DNA of 61,216 nucleotides from a virus (Duplodnaviria; Caudoviricetes), in the IMG/VR virus record IMGVR_UViG_3300022221_000265, positions 1 through 61,216 of that record; one strand, 5' to 3'. Below the pieces are notes generated by a model. It saw nothing but the letters and a program-made list of their open reading frames with translations, did not search any database and had not been told where the DNA came from. Position numbers and translations under genes: made by a program. How positions within the stretch are numbered: position 1 is the first letter of the stretch; each line of letters begins with the position of its first letter. This document shows positions 42,373 through 51,222 of this stretch, in pieces.

Positions 42373-44091
42373 TTATTCCAGCTCTTTAACCACTTCATCC
42401 ACCACGGTTTCGATAAAGTCCTCGCCGGCGGCCTGGGTTGCTTGGCGAAAAGCGCCACGGTCGTTCGCCATCGTATAATCAATAACACCAAGTCGGTGCA
42501 GTACTCGGTTGGTAATATGGGCACCGATTCGCTGGGCCTGGGTCGAGTTGACTTTTCCGGATCGGGCCGCGTCCACCAGTTTGGCCAGGACTCTGCTCTC
42601 TGTTATGTCCAACAAGTCCCGCAGGGCATCAGCGTCCAACACTGAGGCGCCGTAGTAAGTGCCATCGTGCCCCACGGCCACAATGCGTGAGACGCCCGGG
42701 GCGGTGGCCATTTTCAAATCTGGCCCGGATAACGAGCTGCTGCCGGGGTGGTTGTGTACGACCTCCAGCTTTCGCCGGGAATCATAAAAAATATTAAGCT
42801 CGTACTTATCAAAGCTGACCGAGTGCTTGCGCCTTGATGTCTTTCGGATGTATTCCGTCCGAGTCTTAAGATCATACACCACCGCGTGCTCGAAACCAGT
42901 CTCGATACCTTTTTCGGTAACATATTGCACGGCCTCCTGCTGAATATCGCTAAGAGGAACATCCCGAAAATCGGCCACGGGCATGGGCTGCAGGGCGTCA
43001 ACGTCTATACCTTTGCGCTGATATTTCTTTTTAAGCCGATTCCAGGGGGTGGTGATCTCGCGTTCGGTGAGAATGTCCCGCTGCAGGGCTGCCCGCTTTT
43101 TGCGACTGTTAAGCACACCTTCCTGCACAGCAGGGGCCTGTTTTTTGAGCCAGGCGATCCTGTCTTCCTTGCCCTCTTTGTCCTCGTCGGTGATCTCATC
43201 AATAAAGACAATTTCAACAAAGCTGAGGGTTTTGGGATGGGCAGGCCAGGGGGTGCGCTGTCGGTCTGGATACACGCCTGGGCCAAGTCCGTAACGGTTG
43301 ACGCTGGCGTGCATGTCACAAATATCCACTTTGGGGTGACGGGGGGAGAGCAGGAACTTGTGACCACCAAAGCCCTCAGCCTCCTCTGCTCCCAGCATAT
43401 AGGCCTCACCGTGAGCTCGATTGATCTCGGTTCGAAAAACTCCCAGCGCATGGGCTCGGGCGTTGCCGTCATTACGCAACAGCTCGGCCCCGGTGAGTTT
43501 GGCTATCCGGTCGGCATTGGCCATGCCCATTTTGCTGGCTAGCCCGGGCGGGAGCTTTTGCCCATTATTTAAAAACTCTGTGGCCGACGAGCTGGCGCTG
43601 TGCCCCTGGATGACCGAGGTCTGGATCGCCGTGCTCAATCGTTCCCTGGCCCCGTTGTCCAGGCGCCAGATCCGATCCGACAGCTGCAGGCCATCGTTCT
43701 CGACAAACTTCTGCACAAAGTTAACCGCCTCATCGGCCACCCGGGTCAGAAAAGCATCGTCCATGCTGCCGGTGTAGGGGTTCACCCCATAGCCGGCCGC
43801 CTGGTTCAGGGCGCTGTCGAGAAAGTCATCCCGCGCCAGGCTTAGCTGCTGCAGGCGGGCCTCGACCTGGCCGAGTAGTTGCTGCATGACCTCCAGCCGG
43901 ACAGAGCCATCCGACCCTGCATAGGCCAGGATCCGCTGGCGGATATCCTCAGCGGCCTGCTGATAAAGCTCATCAATCTGCCGCTGAGTGGCTGCGTCCA
44001 GCTGGCGCATCTGCCGCCGGGCCTGAGCGGATCCCCGCTTTATCCTGGCTCGGGTGGCAGTGCGGTCGTTGGTGGCTAGGGCTAGGGACAT
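42373..44091 (-). CDS. Head morphogenesis (MuF-like) protein with a C-terminal JAB/MPN domain
   Basis: LSDRIW, FRTEINRAH, DICD, PAHP; tail with GFEH...HNHPGSSSLSGPD. Confidence 0.82.
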   Translation of the reverse strand: MSLALATNDRTATRARIKRGSAQARRQMRQLDAATQRQIDELYQQAAEDIRQRILAYAGSDGSVRLEVMQQLLGQVEARLQQLSLARDDFLDSALNQAAGYGVNPYTGSMDDAFLTRVADEAVNFVQKFVENDGLQLSDRIWRLDNGARERLSTAIQTSVIQGHSASSSATEFLNNGQKLPPGLASKMGMANADRIAKLTGAELLRNDGNARAHALGVFRTEINRAHGEAYMLGAEEAEGFGGHKFLLSPRHPKVDICDMHASVNRYGLGPGVYPDRQRTPWPAHPKTLSFVEIVFIDEITDEDKEGKEDRIAWLKKQAPAVQEGVLNSRKKRAALQRDILTEREITTPWNRLKKKYQRKGIDVDALQPMPVADFRDVPLSDIQQEAVQYVTEKGIETGFEHAVVYDLKTRTEYIRKTSRRKHSVSFDKYELNIFYDSRRKLEVVHNHPGSSSLSGPDLKMATAPGVSRIVAVGHDGTYYGASVLDADALRDLLDITESRVLAKLVDAARSGKVNSTQAQRIGAHITNRVLHRLGVIDYTMANDRGAFRQATQAAGEDFIETVVDEVVKELE

Positions 44092-44378
44092 TAGTCAGCG
44101 GCAGCAGGTGCCTCGGCTGCGTTCTCCGCTTCGGCTTTTTCTACCTTGGTAAAGTCCAGGTAAAACTCGTCATCCACCTCGAACTTGCCAAACAAATCAG
44201 GGTTTGCAATTTGTATTGTCATGTCAGCCGACGGAGTGAATTTTGCAAAAGTGTTATTTTCGTCAGCACCGTCGGTGTCATAAGGGCCGTTTTTCCCTAC
44301 TGCAAACAGCTGCAAGTTTTCACAGTGTGTGTGTTTTATTACGCTGCCTATTCTCATTTTTGCACGCATTAAAGTCAT
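44091..44378 (-). CDS. Conserved phage protein
   Basis: MRAKM...ENNTFAKFTPSA...IANP...FYLDFT. Confidence 0.75.
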   Translation of the reverse strand: MTLMRAKMRIGSVIKHTHCENLQLFAVGKNGPYDTDGADENNTFAKFTPSADMTIQIANPDLFGKFEVDDEFYLDFTKVEKAEAENAAEAPAAAD

Positions 44379-44433
44379 GGGTTGTTCTCCTTCTTTTGGT
44401 TTGGTTTAAAAAAATTAAAAAGTAATAGCAAAC

Positions 44434-44739
44434 TCAGCCCACCGCTTTTTTAGGCGGTGGAGGTGGCACATCTGGCCGGCTGGATTTGTGCTCGGCTGGA
44501 TCAACAAAAGGCGAATCGATCTCGGGCAGCTGCGGCTGCAGTGCCTGCTTAAAAGTCATCTGTGATAAAAACATCCGGCCAGAAAAAAATATTTTAAAAC
44601 GCTCTCTCCACGTTAATTTCCAACAGCTGATCACTCGGCCTTGTGGATCGTCTCGATCAATGTAGGCAGGCAAAGGCAAATATTCCGGCTGATCTTTGGC
44701 ATAGGTAACATTGCTTTGTTTAAACTCGATGGGTTGCAT
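44434..44739 (-). CDS. Conserved phage protein
   Basis: PIEF...YAKDQPEYLPLPA...ISCWKLTWRER. Confidence 0.75.
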   Translation of the reverse strand: MQPIEFKQSNVTYAKDQPEYLPLPAYIDRDDPQGRVISCWKLTWRERFKIFFSGRMFLSQMTFKQALQPQLPEIDSPFVDPAEHKSSRPDVPPPPPKKAVG

Positions 44740-44760
44740 GTTTTTCTCCTTTAGTCGGTT

Positions 44761-46167
44761 TTAGTTTCTTGTTGCAATAGTGGTGGCACTCTCCCCTTTC
44801 CTCTGGTTCCCCGGCGTCACGCTGACCTTGCCCGGCCGTTTGGGCGGTTTGGGTTCGCCGTCTTCATCATCAGGGTATGGGTTGATCTCTTTGCTTTGAC
44901 GTTTGAGTCGATCTTTTTCTTTGGAGGGGTCAACGCCGGCCGCTTCCAGGATGGTCTCGAAGCTAAAGCCCAGGGCTTGCCATTTGAGGGCACGATCGGC
45001 CGCCTGGTTCTGGGTCTCGGTGACACGTTCAGCAAACAGCACAGCAAAATCCTCGTTTTCTGGGTTAATGCCGTTAAGCAATAAATGCAGACGAAAACCC
45101 AGCTCGTAAACAAAGGACTGCTCATCCTGCAGGGCGTCGATCTCCTCAAAAAAATCCTTGCGTAGATCTTCCAGGATGTCCCGGCTCAGGTCTCCCACAT
45201 AACCAAACAAACCTTTGGGAGCAGGAGCACCGGCAAAGAAGGTATCCAGCAGGTGCACCACGTCGGCGATCTGGTTCAGGTTGGCGTCACCTGAGATGGC
45301 TTTGACGTCCCCCTCTCCCTGGATGACATAGTCCGCCGCCTGGTCGTACTTGTCCGCCTCGATGTCGGCTTTGTATTCGGTATAAAACTCATTGGATACG
45401 TTTTTTAGCTGGTGCACTTTGCGCTGCTGGGCCCGGGTCTTTCTCCGGATCACCAGGTCCTCCTCGGTCATGGTGAGTTTTTTCCAGGGGCCGCGAGTGG
45501 CGTCCAGATAAGGCCGACCCATGGCGCCCATGTCGTCGAAGTTGTCCGGATCAAGGCGAACCATGGACAGCCGCCAGAGGGCAAAATATTCGGTAATGGT
45601 GCCCAGGGTGAGATCATATTGCGCGTAGGCCTTGCGCGGGTCTTTGAATAAACCGGCCTCGGTAACCTGGGGCACGATGGTCTCGGAGGGCATACGCACC
45701 CCGCCCACGATCTGGTTGTCCTGGTTAAGCACCCACTGGATGGGCAGGTTCCCATCCATGATCAGCCCTCGGGCATCACTTTTGAGCTTGGCCCGTCGGT
45801 GCAGGTTGAGCCGCTGGGCGAAGGTTCGCCAGTGTTTGATCAGGGTCTTGTTGGTGCTTTCGACTTTTAACACCAGCCCACTTTTGATCGCGGTGCTAGC
45901 CATCTTGTTGTGGATACGCTTCACCCGGGTGTCGATGCGGTCCATGTGGCGAATGTCCAGGATCGCCGCCCGCAGGGTGGGGTCGACCCACATTTGCCGG
46001 GTCAGGTAGAGCATTTGATTCTCAGGGGTGGCACGTTTGCCGATCTCGGAGTTATTCACCACGATATGGCCGGCCTGGTGGTGGGCTTTATCAAGTGCCG
46101 TCTGGGGCAGTGAGCCGATCCCCAGTGTCATGTATTGTTTTTGAATGTCCAAAAGTTGTTTGCTCAT
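44761..46167 (-). CDS. Portal protein (start probably MSKQLL at 46167)
   Basis: Between terminase and MuF, ~470 aa, GRPYLD and PKGLFG motifs. Confidence 0.8.
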   Translation of the reverse strand: MSKQLLDIQKQYMTLGIGSLPQTALDKAHHQAGHIVVNNSEIGKRATPENQMLYLTRQMWVDPTLRAAILDIRHMDRIDTRVKRIHNKMASTAIKSGLVLKVESTNKTLIKHWRTFAQRLNLHRRAKLKSDARGLIMDGNLPIQWVLNQDNQIVGGVRMPSETIVPQVTEAGLFKDPRKAYAQYDLTLGTITEYFALWRLSMVRLDPDNFDDMGAMGRPYLDATRGPWKKLTMTEEDLVIRRKTRAQQRKVHQLKNVSNEFYTEYKADIEADKYDQAADYVIQGEGDVKAISGDANLNQIADVVHLLDTFFAGAPAPKGLFGYVGDLSRDILEDLRKDFFEEIDALQDEQSFVYELGFRLHLLLNGINPENEDFAVLFAERVTETQNQAADRALKWQALGFSFETILEAAGVDPSKEKDRLKRQSKEINPYPDDEDGEPKPPKRPGKVSVTPGNQRKGESATTIATRN

Positions 46168-47939
46168 GGTCCTGTCCTGAGTTTGTTTAATTGGTTGAAG
46201 TGCATAAGCCACAAATAGAACTCGGCCAGCCTGGCCTGGGCGATCGGGTCACTGGGGAGCCTGGCGGGTGCTTCGCCCAGCAGCTCCGTGCGGGTTTTCT
46301 TAATGGTGCTGATCATGGTCGGCACACCCAGGGCGCCACGGGTGACCAGGCCCCAGTTGGCTGCCATGTAGGCATCGAAAAGATCATCGCCCAGTTTGCT
46401 GTTGGCCATTTTGTAACTGGAATAGTTGGCCTTGGTGGGTTCGGGTTTGATGTTGACCAACTGCTTGCAAAGCATAAGCAGGTCGGCCACTTCCGGATCG
46501 TGGAAGTCTCTATCCTCGTAATAAGGGATCGCCGCCTGGCCATTGTGGAAAGTGGAGCGCACGGCCTGGGCCATGGCGTGCTTGACCATGCCCTCGAATC
46601 GGATCGGCGCAAAGGGCCACTCGGTCCAGGTGCTGGCCGTGCTCTCACCGTCACCGATGGCGCGACGATTAACCGGGGTCAGCCCCTCCTCGAATAATCG
46701 ATCATTGAGGCTGGTTAGCATGCCGATGCCGTAGGCATCACCCACGGCCACGTCAGGATTGAAGTATCGCCAGTACCCTAGCAGGTCCAGCTCCACCACT
46801 TTCTCGTCGGTACCTGGGGCCCACTGTTTGGAAAAGATCGGCACCGTGAACGATCCGATCTGTTCTAAAACCGTAAAGGCATACTTTGAGGACTCGGGTG
46901 TCTCGCCGTGGCCTGAGTGGTCATAGCCAAACGAGATCAGCCCGCGCTTTTTGTAAGTCTCGCCCGGCATGGGTTGCACAATTTCCAGCCCGGCCTCAAG
47001 ACCCACCTGCAGGGCCCGGCGGAGATACTTCTCCCACACCAGGTTGCGGCTGGCTGTGTTAATGCAAAGAAGCTGGCGGGTAAATTCGTCCTCACTCAAA
47101 TCGGCGCGAATGTTTTTTATAAATTGTTCCTGGAGTAGGCCGAGCTTCATGGCGTTAACCGCATTAAGCAGTGGCAGGGGGTAGTTATAGCTCTCCAGCT
47201 CCAGGTGATCCTCAGTCAACCATCCGGCCTTGATCAGGTTTTTAATGGCCGTCCTGGCTTTATTATTATGTAAGGCACCGATAACGTGATAACTCCCGCC
47301 ATCCAGCAGGTCGGTGAGTGTGTCGGCGCCCTTAAAAACACCGGTGATCCGGATCTGGGGTTTGTTCTCTGAGGTTTTGCTGGCACCCATGCGACGAGTG
47401 GACCCGAGCATGAGCAGGAAACGACTATAAAGCCGATCCTTTGGCATGTCGTCCACCTCCTCGAGGCTGGCCACTGTCAGATCGCCACCATCCACCTGGG
47501 CCATGATGCCCTCGGCAAAGGCTTTGCTCCGGTTCATAAATTCATATTTTGTATCGGCCATCTGTTGGCGGCCGGACTTATAGGCAAGGTAGTTGCTTAA
47601 GATTGAAGATCGACGAATGGCCTCCAGGTGATAGTTGAGGTTTGCGATCGACTGGGTTTGTCTGGGAGCCACAATGCCGAGCTCCTGATCGGGCTTGGTG
47701 GCGTTATGGTGCAGGGTGAAAAGTTCCTTGCAGGCAGTTTTCCCGGTACGGCGCGAGGAAAAATCGATCGTGTTCGGGTGCTGTTCCATTTCTCTCATCT
47801 TGAGAACTTGCACCGCGTCCAGTTCCACGTTGTGGACGTGCTTATGCCAGAGAGCATGATCGCCAGCGTAACGCATCACCTCAGACTCAGCGACATGCTG
47901 CATGCGGACTCGTTGCTTTGCCGATATCCGCTCGCCCAT
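46164..47939 (-). CDS. Terminase large subunit
   Basis: SRRTGKT Walker A, LEEVDD Walker B, FGYD, GDAYG and DDLFDA nuclease motifs. Confidence 0.85.
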   Translation of the reverse strand: MGERISAKQRVRMQHVAESEVMRYAGDHALWHKHVHNVELDAVQVLKMREMEQHPNTIDFSSRRTGKTACKELFTLHHNATKPDQELGIVAPRQTQSIANLNYHLEAIRRSSILSNYLAYKSGRQQMADTKYEFMNRSKAFAEGIMAQVDGGDLTVASLEEVDDMPKDRLYSRFLLMLGSTRRMGASKTSENKPQIRITGVFKGADTLTDLLDGGSYHVIGALHNNKARTAIKNLIKAGWLTEDHLELESYNYPLPLLNAVNAMKLGLLQEQFIKNIRADLSEDEFTRQLLCINTASRNLVWEKYLRRALQVGLEAGLEIVQPMPGETYKKRGLISFGYDHSGHGETPESSKYAFTVLEQIGSFTVPIFSKQWAPGTDEKVVELDLLGYWRYFNPDVAVGDAYGIGMLTSLNDRLFEEGLTPVNRRAIGDGESTASTWTEWPFAPIRFEGMVKHAMAQAVRSTFHNGQAAIPYYEDRDFHDPEVADLLMLCKQLVNIKPEPTKANYSSYKMANSKLGDDLFDAYMAANWGLVTRGALGVPTMISTIKKTRTELLGEAPARLPSDPIAQARLAEFYLWLMHFNQLNKLRTGP

Positions 47940-48259
47940 TAGCAGCTCACAAACTTGCCGGCCCGCAGAAAGCCGTGCCAGTTGCCCACCCAGTGCAAGG
48001 ATGGCGACAACGTCGGCTTGTCTTTATTGCCGTCCCATTGCCAGCACGGATCCACTTTTGGATCGCCGATGTTAAACGAGACCAGGTGAGGAGAGCCGTT
48101 ACAGTCAGGTATGACCGCCATAAGGAAACCGCCCCGGGCAGAAAAATAAAAAGCCCCCAGTCCATGATCGAGGGCAGCCTCGCGTCTGGCCACCTTCACC
48201 GCATCAAAGCTAAGTTTGCATTCAGACACGAGAGACCTCGACCTGGTCGGTGATGTCAC
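47939..48259 (-). CDS. DUF6527-like protein
   Basis: WQWDGNKDKPTLSPSLH....WHGFLRAG. Confidence 0.75.
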   Translation of the reverse strand: MTSPTRSRSLVSECKLSFDAVKVARREAALDHGLGAFYFSARGGFLMAVIPDCNGSPHLVSFNIGDPKVDPCWQWDGNKDKPTLSPSLHWVGNWHGFLRAGKFVSC

Positions 48260-49169
48260 GGCCTCCTGATTCGTCCAGGCTGTTTTTGATCAGTTGTTCA
48301 AGCTTAGCCACCTGGTCAATTGATTTTTGTTGAAACTCCAGAGCTGATTGTTTCTCGTTTTCCTCGTTTGAAAGAAAACCCTGCATGATCTCCTGCTCGT
48401 CCTGCGCCTTGGGAGTCATCGACATATCACCCAGGGCCATGTTGTTCTTGGCCAGCATCTCGATCAGTCGTTTAAGTAAAGGGTGCTCGGAGTGTTCGAG
48501 AAGTTGCTCCTCCTCCTCGGTCTCGGGGTTAAGGTACTTAACAAAATGCACTCCCCCGTCCTTGTCGCCATGCCATACCGGCGCCACCAGATCCACGCCG
48601 TCACGGGCCAGCAGATAAATGATCTCATCCATAATCGTCTGGAACGCTGCTTGACGATGCCCCACTATTGTTTTGATGACACTCGGATCGCCGCTTTGAA
48701 ATGCGGCCGCAAACTTGGCAAACACCTCCACCTTTGAGAGACAAACCCGATAAGGCAGACAAGTCTCATCCTCCAGGTGGATACATTCATCGCATTGAGG
48801 ATAACGGCCAGGCCTGGCCGGGAAAAACATGGAGGTATTTGCATAGCTGCCATGTTTAAGGGCGTTAAGGCGGGTAAATTGCGCCTCCTGGGGAGTGGGG
48901 TGCCCTTTTAAGTTCGCCGCTGACGCGGCCCGCCCTTCGGGTGAAGTTGGCCCAGTCGCATGCGAATGGGCCTTAAAAATATTAACCTCCCAGGCAGCTT
49001 GTGCAGCCTCATGGGAGCAGTGCGGACAGGTGGCATAATATGCCCATGGATGCCAGGGCCGCTCCTCAGCGTCCTCGACACGCTCCGGAGTGGCTTCAAA
49101 CCTATGCCCACAAGAACACAAAAAATGGATAGTATCCGCAGGCTTATCATCAGATCGAGACTTTCCCAT
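48222..49169 (-). CDS. Putative terminase small subunit with zinc ribbons
   Basis: First late gene; CSCGH..CPHC, TGPTSPEGRA, NALKHG. Confidence 0.65.
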   Translation of the reverse strand: MGKSRSDDKPADTIHFLCSCGHRFEATPERVEDAEERPWHPWAYYATCPHCSHEAAQAAWEVNIFKAHSHATGPTSPEGRAASAANLKGHPTPQEAQFTRLNALKHGSYANTSMFFPARPGRYPQCDECIHLEDETCLPYRVCLSKVEVFAKFAAAFQSGDPSVIKTIVGHRQAAFQTIMDEIIYLLARDGVDLVAPVWHGDKDGGVHFVKYLNPETEEEEQLLEHSEHPLLKRLIEMLAKNNMALGDMSMTPKAQDEQEIMQGFLSNEENEKQSALEFQQKSIDQVAKLEQLIKNSLDESGGRDITDQVEVSRV

Positions 49170-49176
49170 CCTCCCA

Positions 49177-49221
49177 AGTCTGGCCAGCCCCCCCTGACAA
49201 AAACAGGGCCAGCCCGGTTAT
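49177..49221 (-). promoter_or_regulatory. Late promoter box, copy 3
   Basis: ATAACC-N4-TGGCCCTGTTTTTGTC core (49196-49221) upstream of the packaging operon. Confidence 0.65.
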
Positions 49222-49228
49222 CAGGCAC

Positions 49229-49256
49229 AAAAAAAGGCGAGCCGGAGCTCGCCTTT
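49229..49256 (-). terminator. Rho-independent terminator (would follow the integrase gene on the excised circle)
   Basis: AAAGGCGAGC-TCCG-GCTCGCCTTT plus T tract. Confidence 0.75.
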
Positions 49257-49301
49257 CCTGAAAATTAACAACCCTGTGAGGTCAGCAACAGATTACAACT
49301 A

Positions 49302-49380
49302 CTAAGCCACCCGAGCAAGCCCAGAGGGCAAAACCAGCCTCAATTTTTTGGTGCCCAGTTCGCCCGTCTCGGGGAGCCAC
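49302..49380 (-). other. attR of the prophage, with the detached integrase C-terminal tail
   Basis: 19 bp tRNA-3' copy (1 mismatch) at 49362-49380; minus frame WLPETGELGTKKLRLVLPSGLARVA*. Confidence 0.85.
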
Positions 49381-49485
49381 TTCCTAGTTACACCAAGTAT
49401 CTCAATCACTTAGTTTCTTATAAAAATTTACTCCATTTCGGGGTAAATTTTTTTCATTCAAATACAGTGTATTATATGGGCCAAT

Positions 49486-49503
49486 GGTTCGAGCCCGTCC
49501 CGG
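49486..49503 (+). repeat. 18 bp exact copy of tRNA-Asn 3656-3673
   Basis: GGTTCGAGCCCGTCCCGG. Confidence 0.85.
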
Positions 49504-49540
49504 ACTAGCGTATTTCGCAACTATGAACCAATTCAAGGAC

Positions 49541-49717
49541 ATGACCAAAAAGAAACGATCTCCAGCTATTAATGTTAAAAAGATGAAGGTTTCCGATAAC
49601 CTGAAACCTGGCGAGCGAGTTAATGTCTCAGCGAAAATGGTAATGGCATTTTTTGGGGATGAATTAATGAGGGAGCTTACAAAAAGGACTCAGGCAAAGA
49701 GTAAGAAAAAAAGTTAG
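49541..49717 (+). CDS. Small basic protein, homologue of prophage gene 18032-18217
   Basis: AAGGA RBS; VSDNLKPG...VMAFFGDELMR. Confidence 0.75.
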   Translation: MTKKKRSPAINVKKMKVSDNLKPGERVNVSAKMVMAFFGDELMRELTKRTQAKSKKKS

Positions 49718-49827
49718 AGTATTAGCTATTTTAAAGCGCATGCTGTAACTGCCAAACTTCGGCGGTCCATTAGCTTAGCGTATCGAAAGCTTTACTTTTT
49801 TCATTGATGACTTTACGGTAATTTAAA

Positions 49828-50745
49828 ATGGGCGTGATAAGAAAATCAGACCCTGAAACAGGGGTGGTCACAACAAAATGCGATACATGGGATGACTTCA
49901 TCTCCGAAATGAGGATCGACGAAGGACGATATATTGGTGATCATATATACCGTGGACATGGAAGCCTAAGTTGGAAACTAGCATCAGTTTTTGAGCGTTG
50001 GATTGATGGACTGAAACAAGGAAATCCAGAGCAAATTATAAGCGATCTGTTTTCAGTTGGAGCACTTGAAAAATTTAGAAATCTATATCTTAAGCCCTTC
50101 ATGTATTTTGCTCAGCGAATTCCAGGCGAACAACTTCCAGATAAAGATGATATTGACGCTTGGCTTGCGCTTGGTAGGCATCACGGACTCATTACACCAA
50201 TTCTGGACTGGAGTCGAAGCCCGTATATTGCTGCCTATTTTGCTAGTATGGAATCCTTCAAAATTGCAGCAGATAAACACCGCCTATTTATAGCTGAAAA
50301 ACACGGCGTGGATGCAGCCAATAAATACGGACCTACATTTGACAGCGTAATGATGGGAATGGGCGGTCCAACTTTACTCCCCCATGAGCCATTCACAATT
50401 TGGGCATTAGCATGCCACGACGATACCTTTATCAAGGATGAATTCAGGCTCTTAGATAAGCCAGAGTTCAGAAATGACAGACTTCACGCTCAGCGGGGAT
50501 TATTCACATTCCTCACACATGATGTACATGTCGATGTAGAAAACTACTTAGCTAGTCGCAATCTAGGCAATCGGTTAGAAAAGTTCATCGTGCCTGGCCA
50601 AGAAGCTGGGAAAGTGCTTCATGACTTGAATCTTATGGGAATCAACAAAGCTGCTTTATTCCCTGATATAACCGGAGCTGCCATGCAAGCAAATATGAGC
50701 TCACATAGATTTAATCATGGTTCAGATAGACGTCCACAAAACTAG
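49828..50745 (+). CDS. FRG domain-containing protein
   Basis: YRGH....W.L, RHHGLITPILDWSRSPYIAAYFA, NDRLHAQRGLF, L..MGIN...LFPD. Confidence 0.88.
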   Translation: MGVIRKSDPETGVVTTKCDTWDDFISEMRIDEGRYIGDHIYRGHGSLSWKLASVFERWIDGLKQGNPEQIISDLFSVGALEKFRNLYLKPFMYFAQRIPGEQLPDKDDIDAWLALGRHHGLITPILDWSRSPYIAAYFASMESFKIAADKHRLFIAEKHGVDAANKYGPTFDSVMMGMGGPTLLPHEPFTIWALACHDDTFIKDEFRLLDKPEFRNDRLHAQRGLFTFLTHDVHVDVENYLASRNLGNRLEKFIVPGQEAGKVLHDLNLMGINKAALFPDITGAAMQANMSSHRFNHGSDRRPQN

Positions 50746-50876
50746 CTACTCGAATAATCATATAGCTAATGCTCTATAAACTCAGACTAAATTGGAAGGT
50801 TAATATAGTGAGGTTGTACTCTGAGTCTGTCTGACAGCTTTATTCGGAGTGATTTTATTTTAACAAGCAATTTGGC

Positions 50877-50984
50877 CTATGGCACACATAAAGAACGCTT
50901 AGAGCCGTCCTTATTTCGGCAGAATTGGGGGAGTAACTGAATTCTGAGGGTTTTGGTTCGTAGTAAGCCCGTCCCGGGGAGCCA
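50877..50984 (-). other. Second attR-like site with a second LSR-type tail
   Basis: Exact 19 bp AGCCCGTCCCGGGGAGCCA at 50966-50984; minus frame WLPGTGLLRTKTLRIQLLP...VP*. Confidence 0.8.
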
Positions 50985-50998
50985 AACACTAATTCACT

Positions 50999-51024
50999 AA
51001 ACCAGCTTTCAAGCTGGTTTTTTT
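50999..51024 (+). terminator. Original tRNA-Asn terminator
   Basis: AAACCAGCTT-TC-AAGCTGGTTT plus T tract, 14 bp after the last tRNA-3' copy. Confidence 0.8.
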
Positions 51025-51151
51025 ATGGCTGAGATTTAAACTGCTCAAACCGCATCGGGGTGGGCAAACACTTCCTTTTTTATTTTTTTGAGTTATGCCA
51101 ATTTGCTAACTACACAAATTGTATATCTCGCCCGAGATAATTAACAAGATC

Positions 51152-51179
51152 AAAAAAACCAGACTAAAGCCTGGTTTTT
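51152..51179. terminator. Bidirectional terminator after galU
   Basis: AAAAACCAG...CTGGTTTTT. Confidence 0.6.
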
Positions 51180-51222
51180 ACTGATTGCAGACATATTTGT
51201 ATGTCGGCTTAAACTACTATTT

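Larger units (their letters stand above)
3663..49380. mobile_element. Prophage (siphovirus-type, ~45.7 kb) integrated at tRNA-Asn
   Basis: Direct repeat GCCCGTC(C/T)CGGGGAGCCAC at 3663-3681 and 49362-49380; integrase, replication, immunity, tail, lysis, head and terminase modules all present. Confidence 0.93.
49381..50984. mobile_element. Integrase-less islet / remnant of a related element in tandem at tRNA-Asn
   Basis: Bounded by tRNA-3' copies; lower GC than the structural module; displaced tRNA terminator follows. Confidence 0.75.

Noticed and set aside
3663-49380. Mu-like transposable phage
   Set aside because: Despite Mor-, Com- and gpI-like genes, there is no DDE transposase or MuB, and integration is site-specific at the tRNA.
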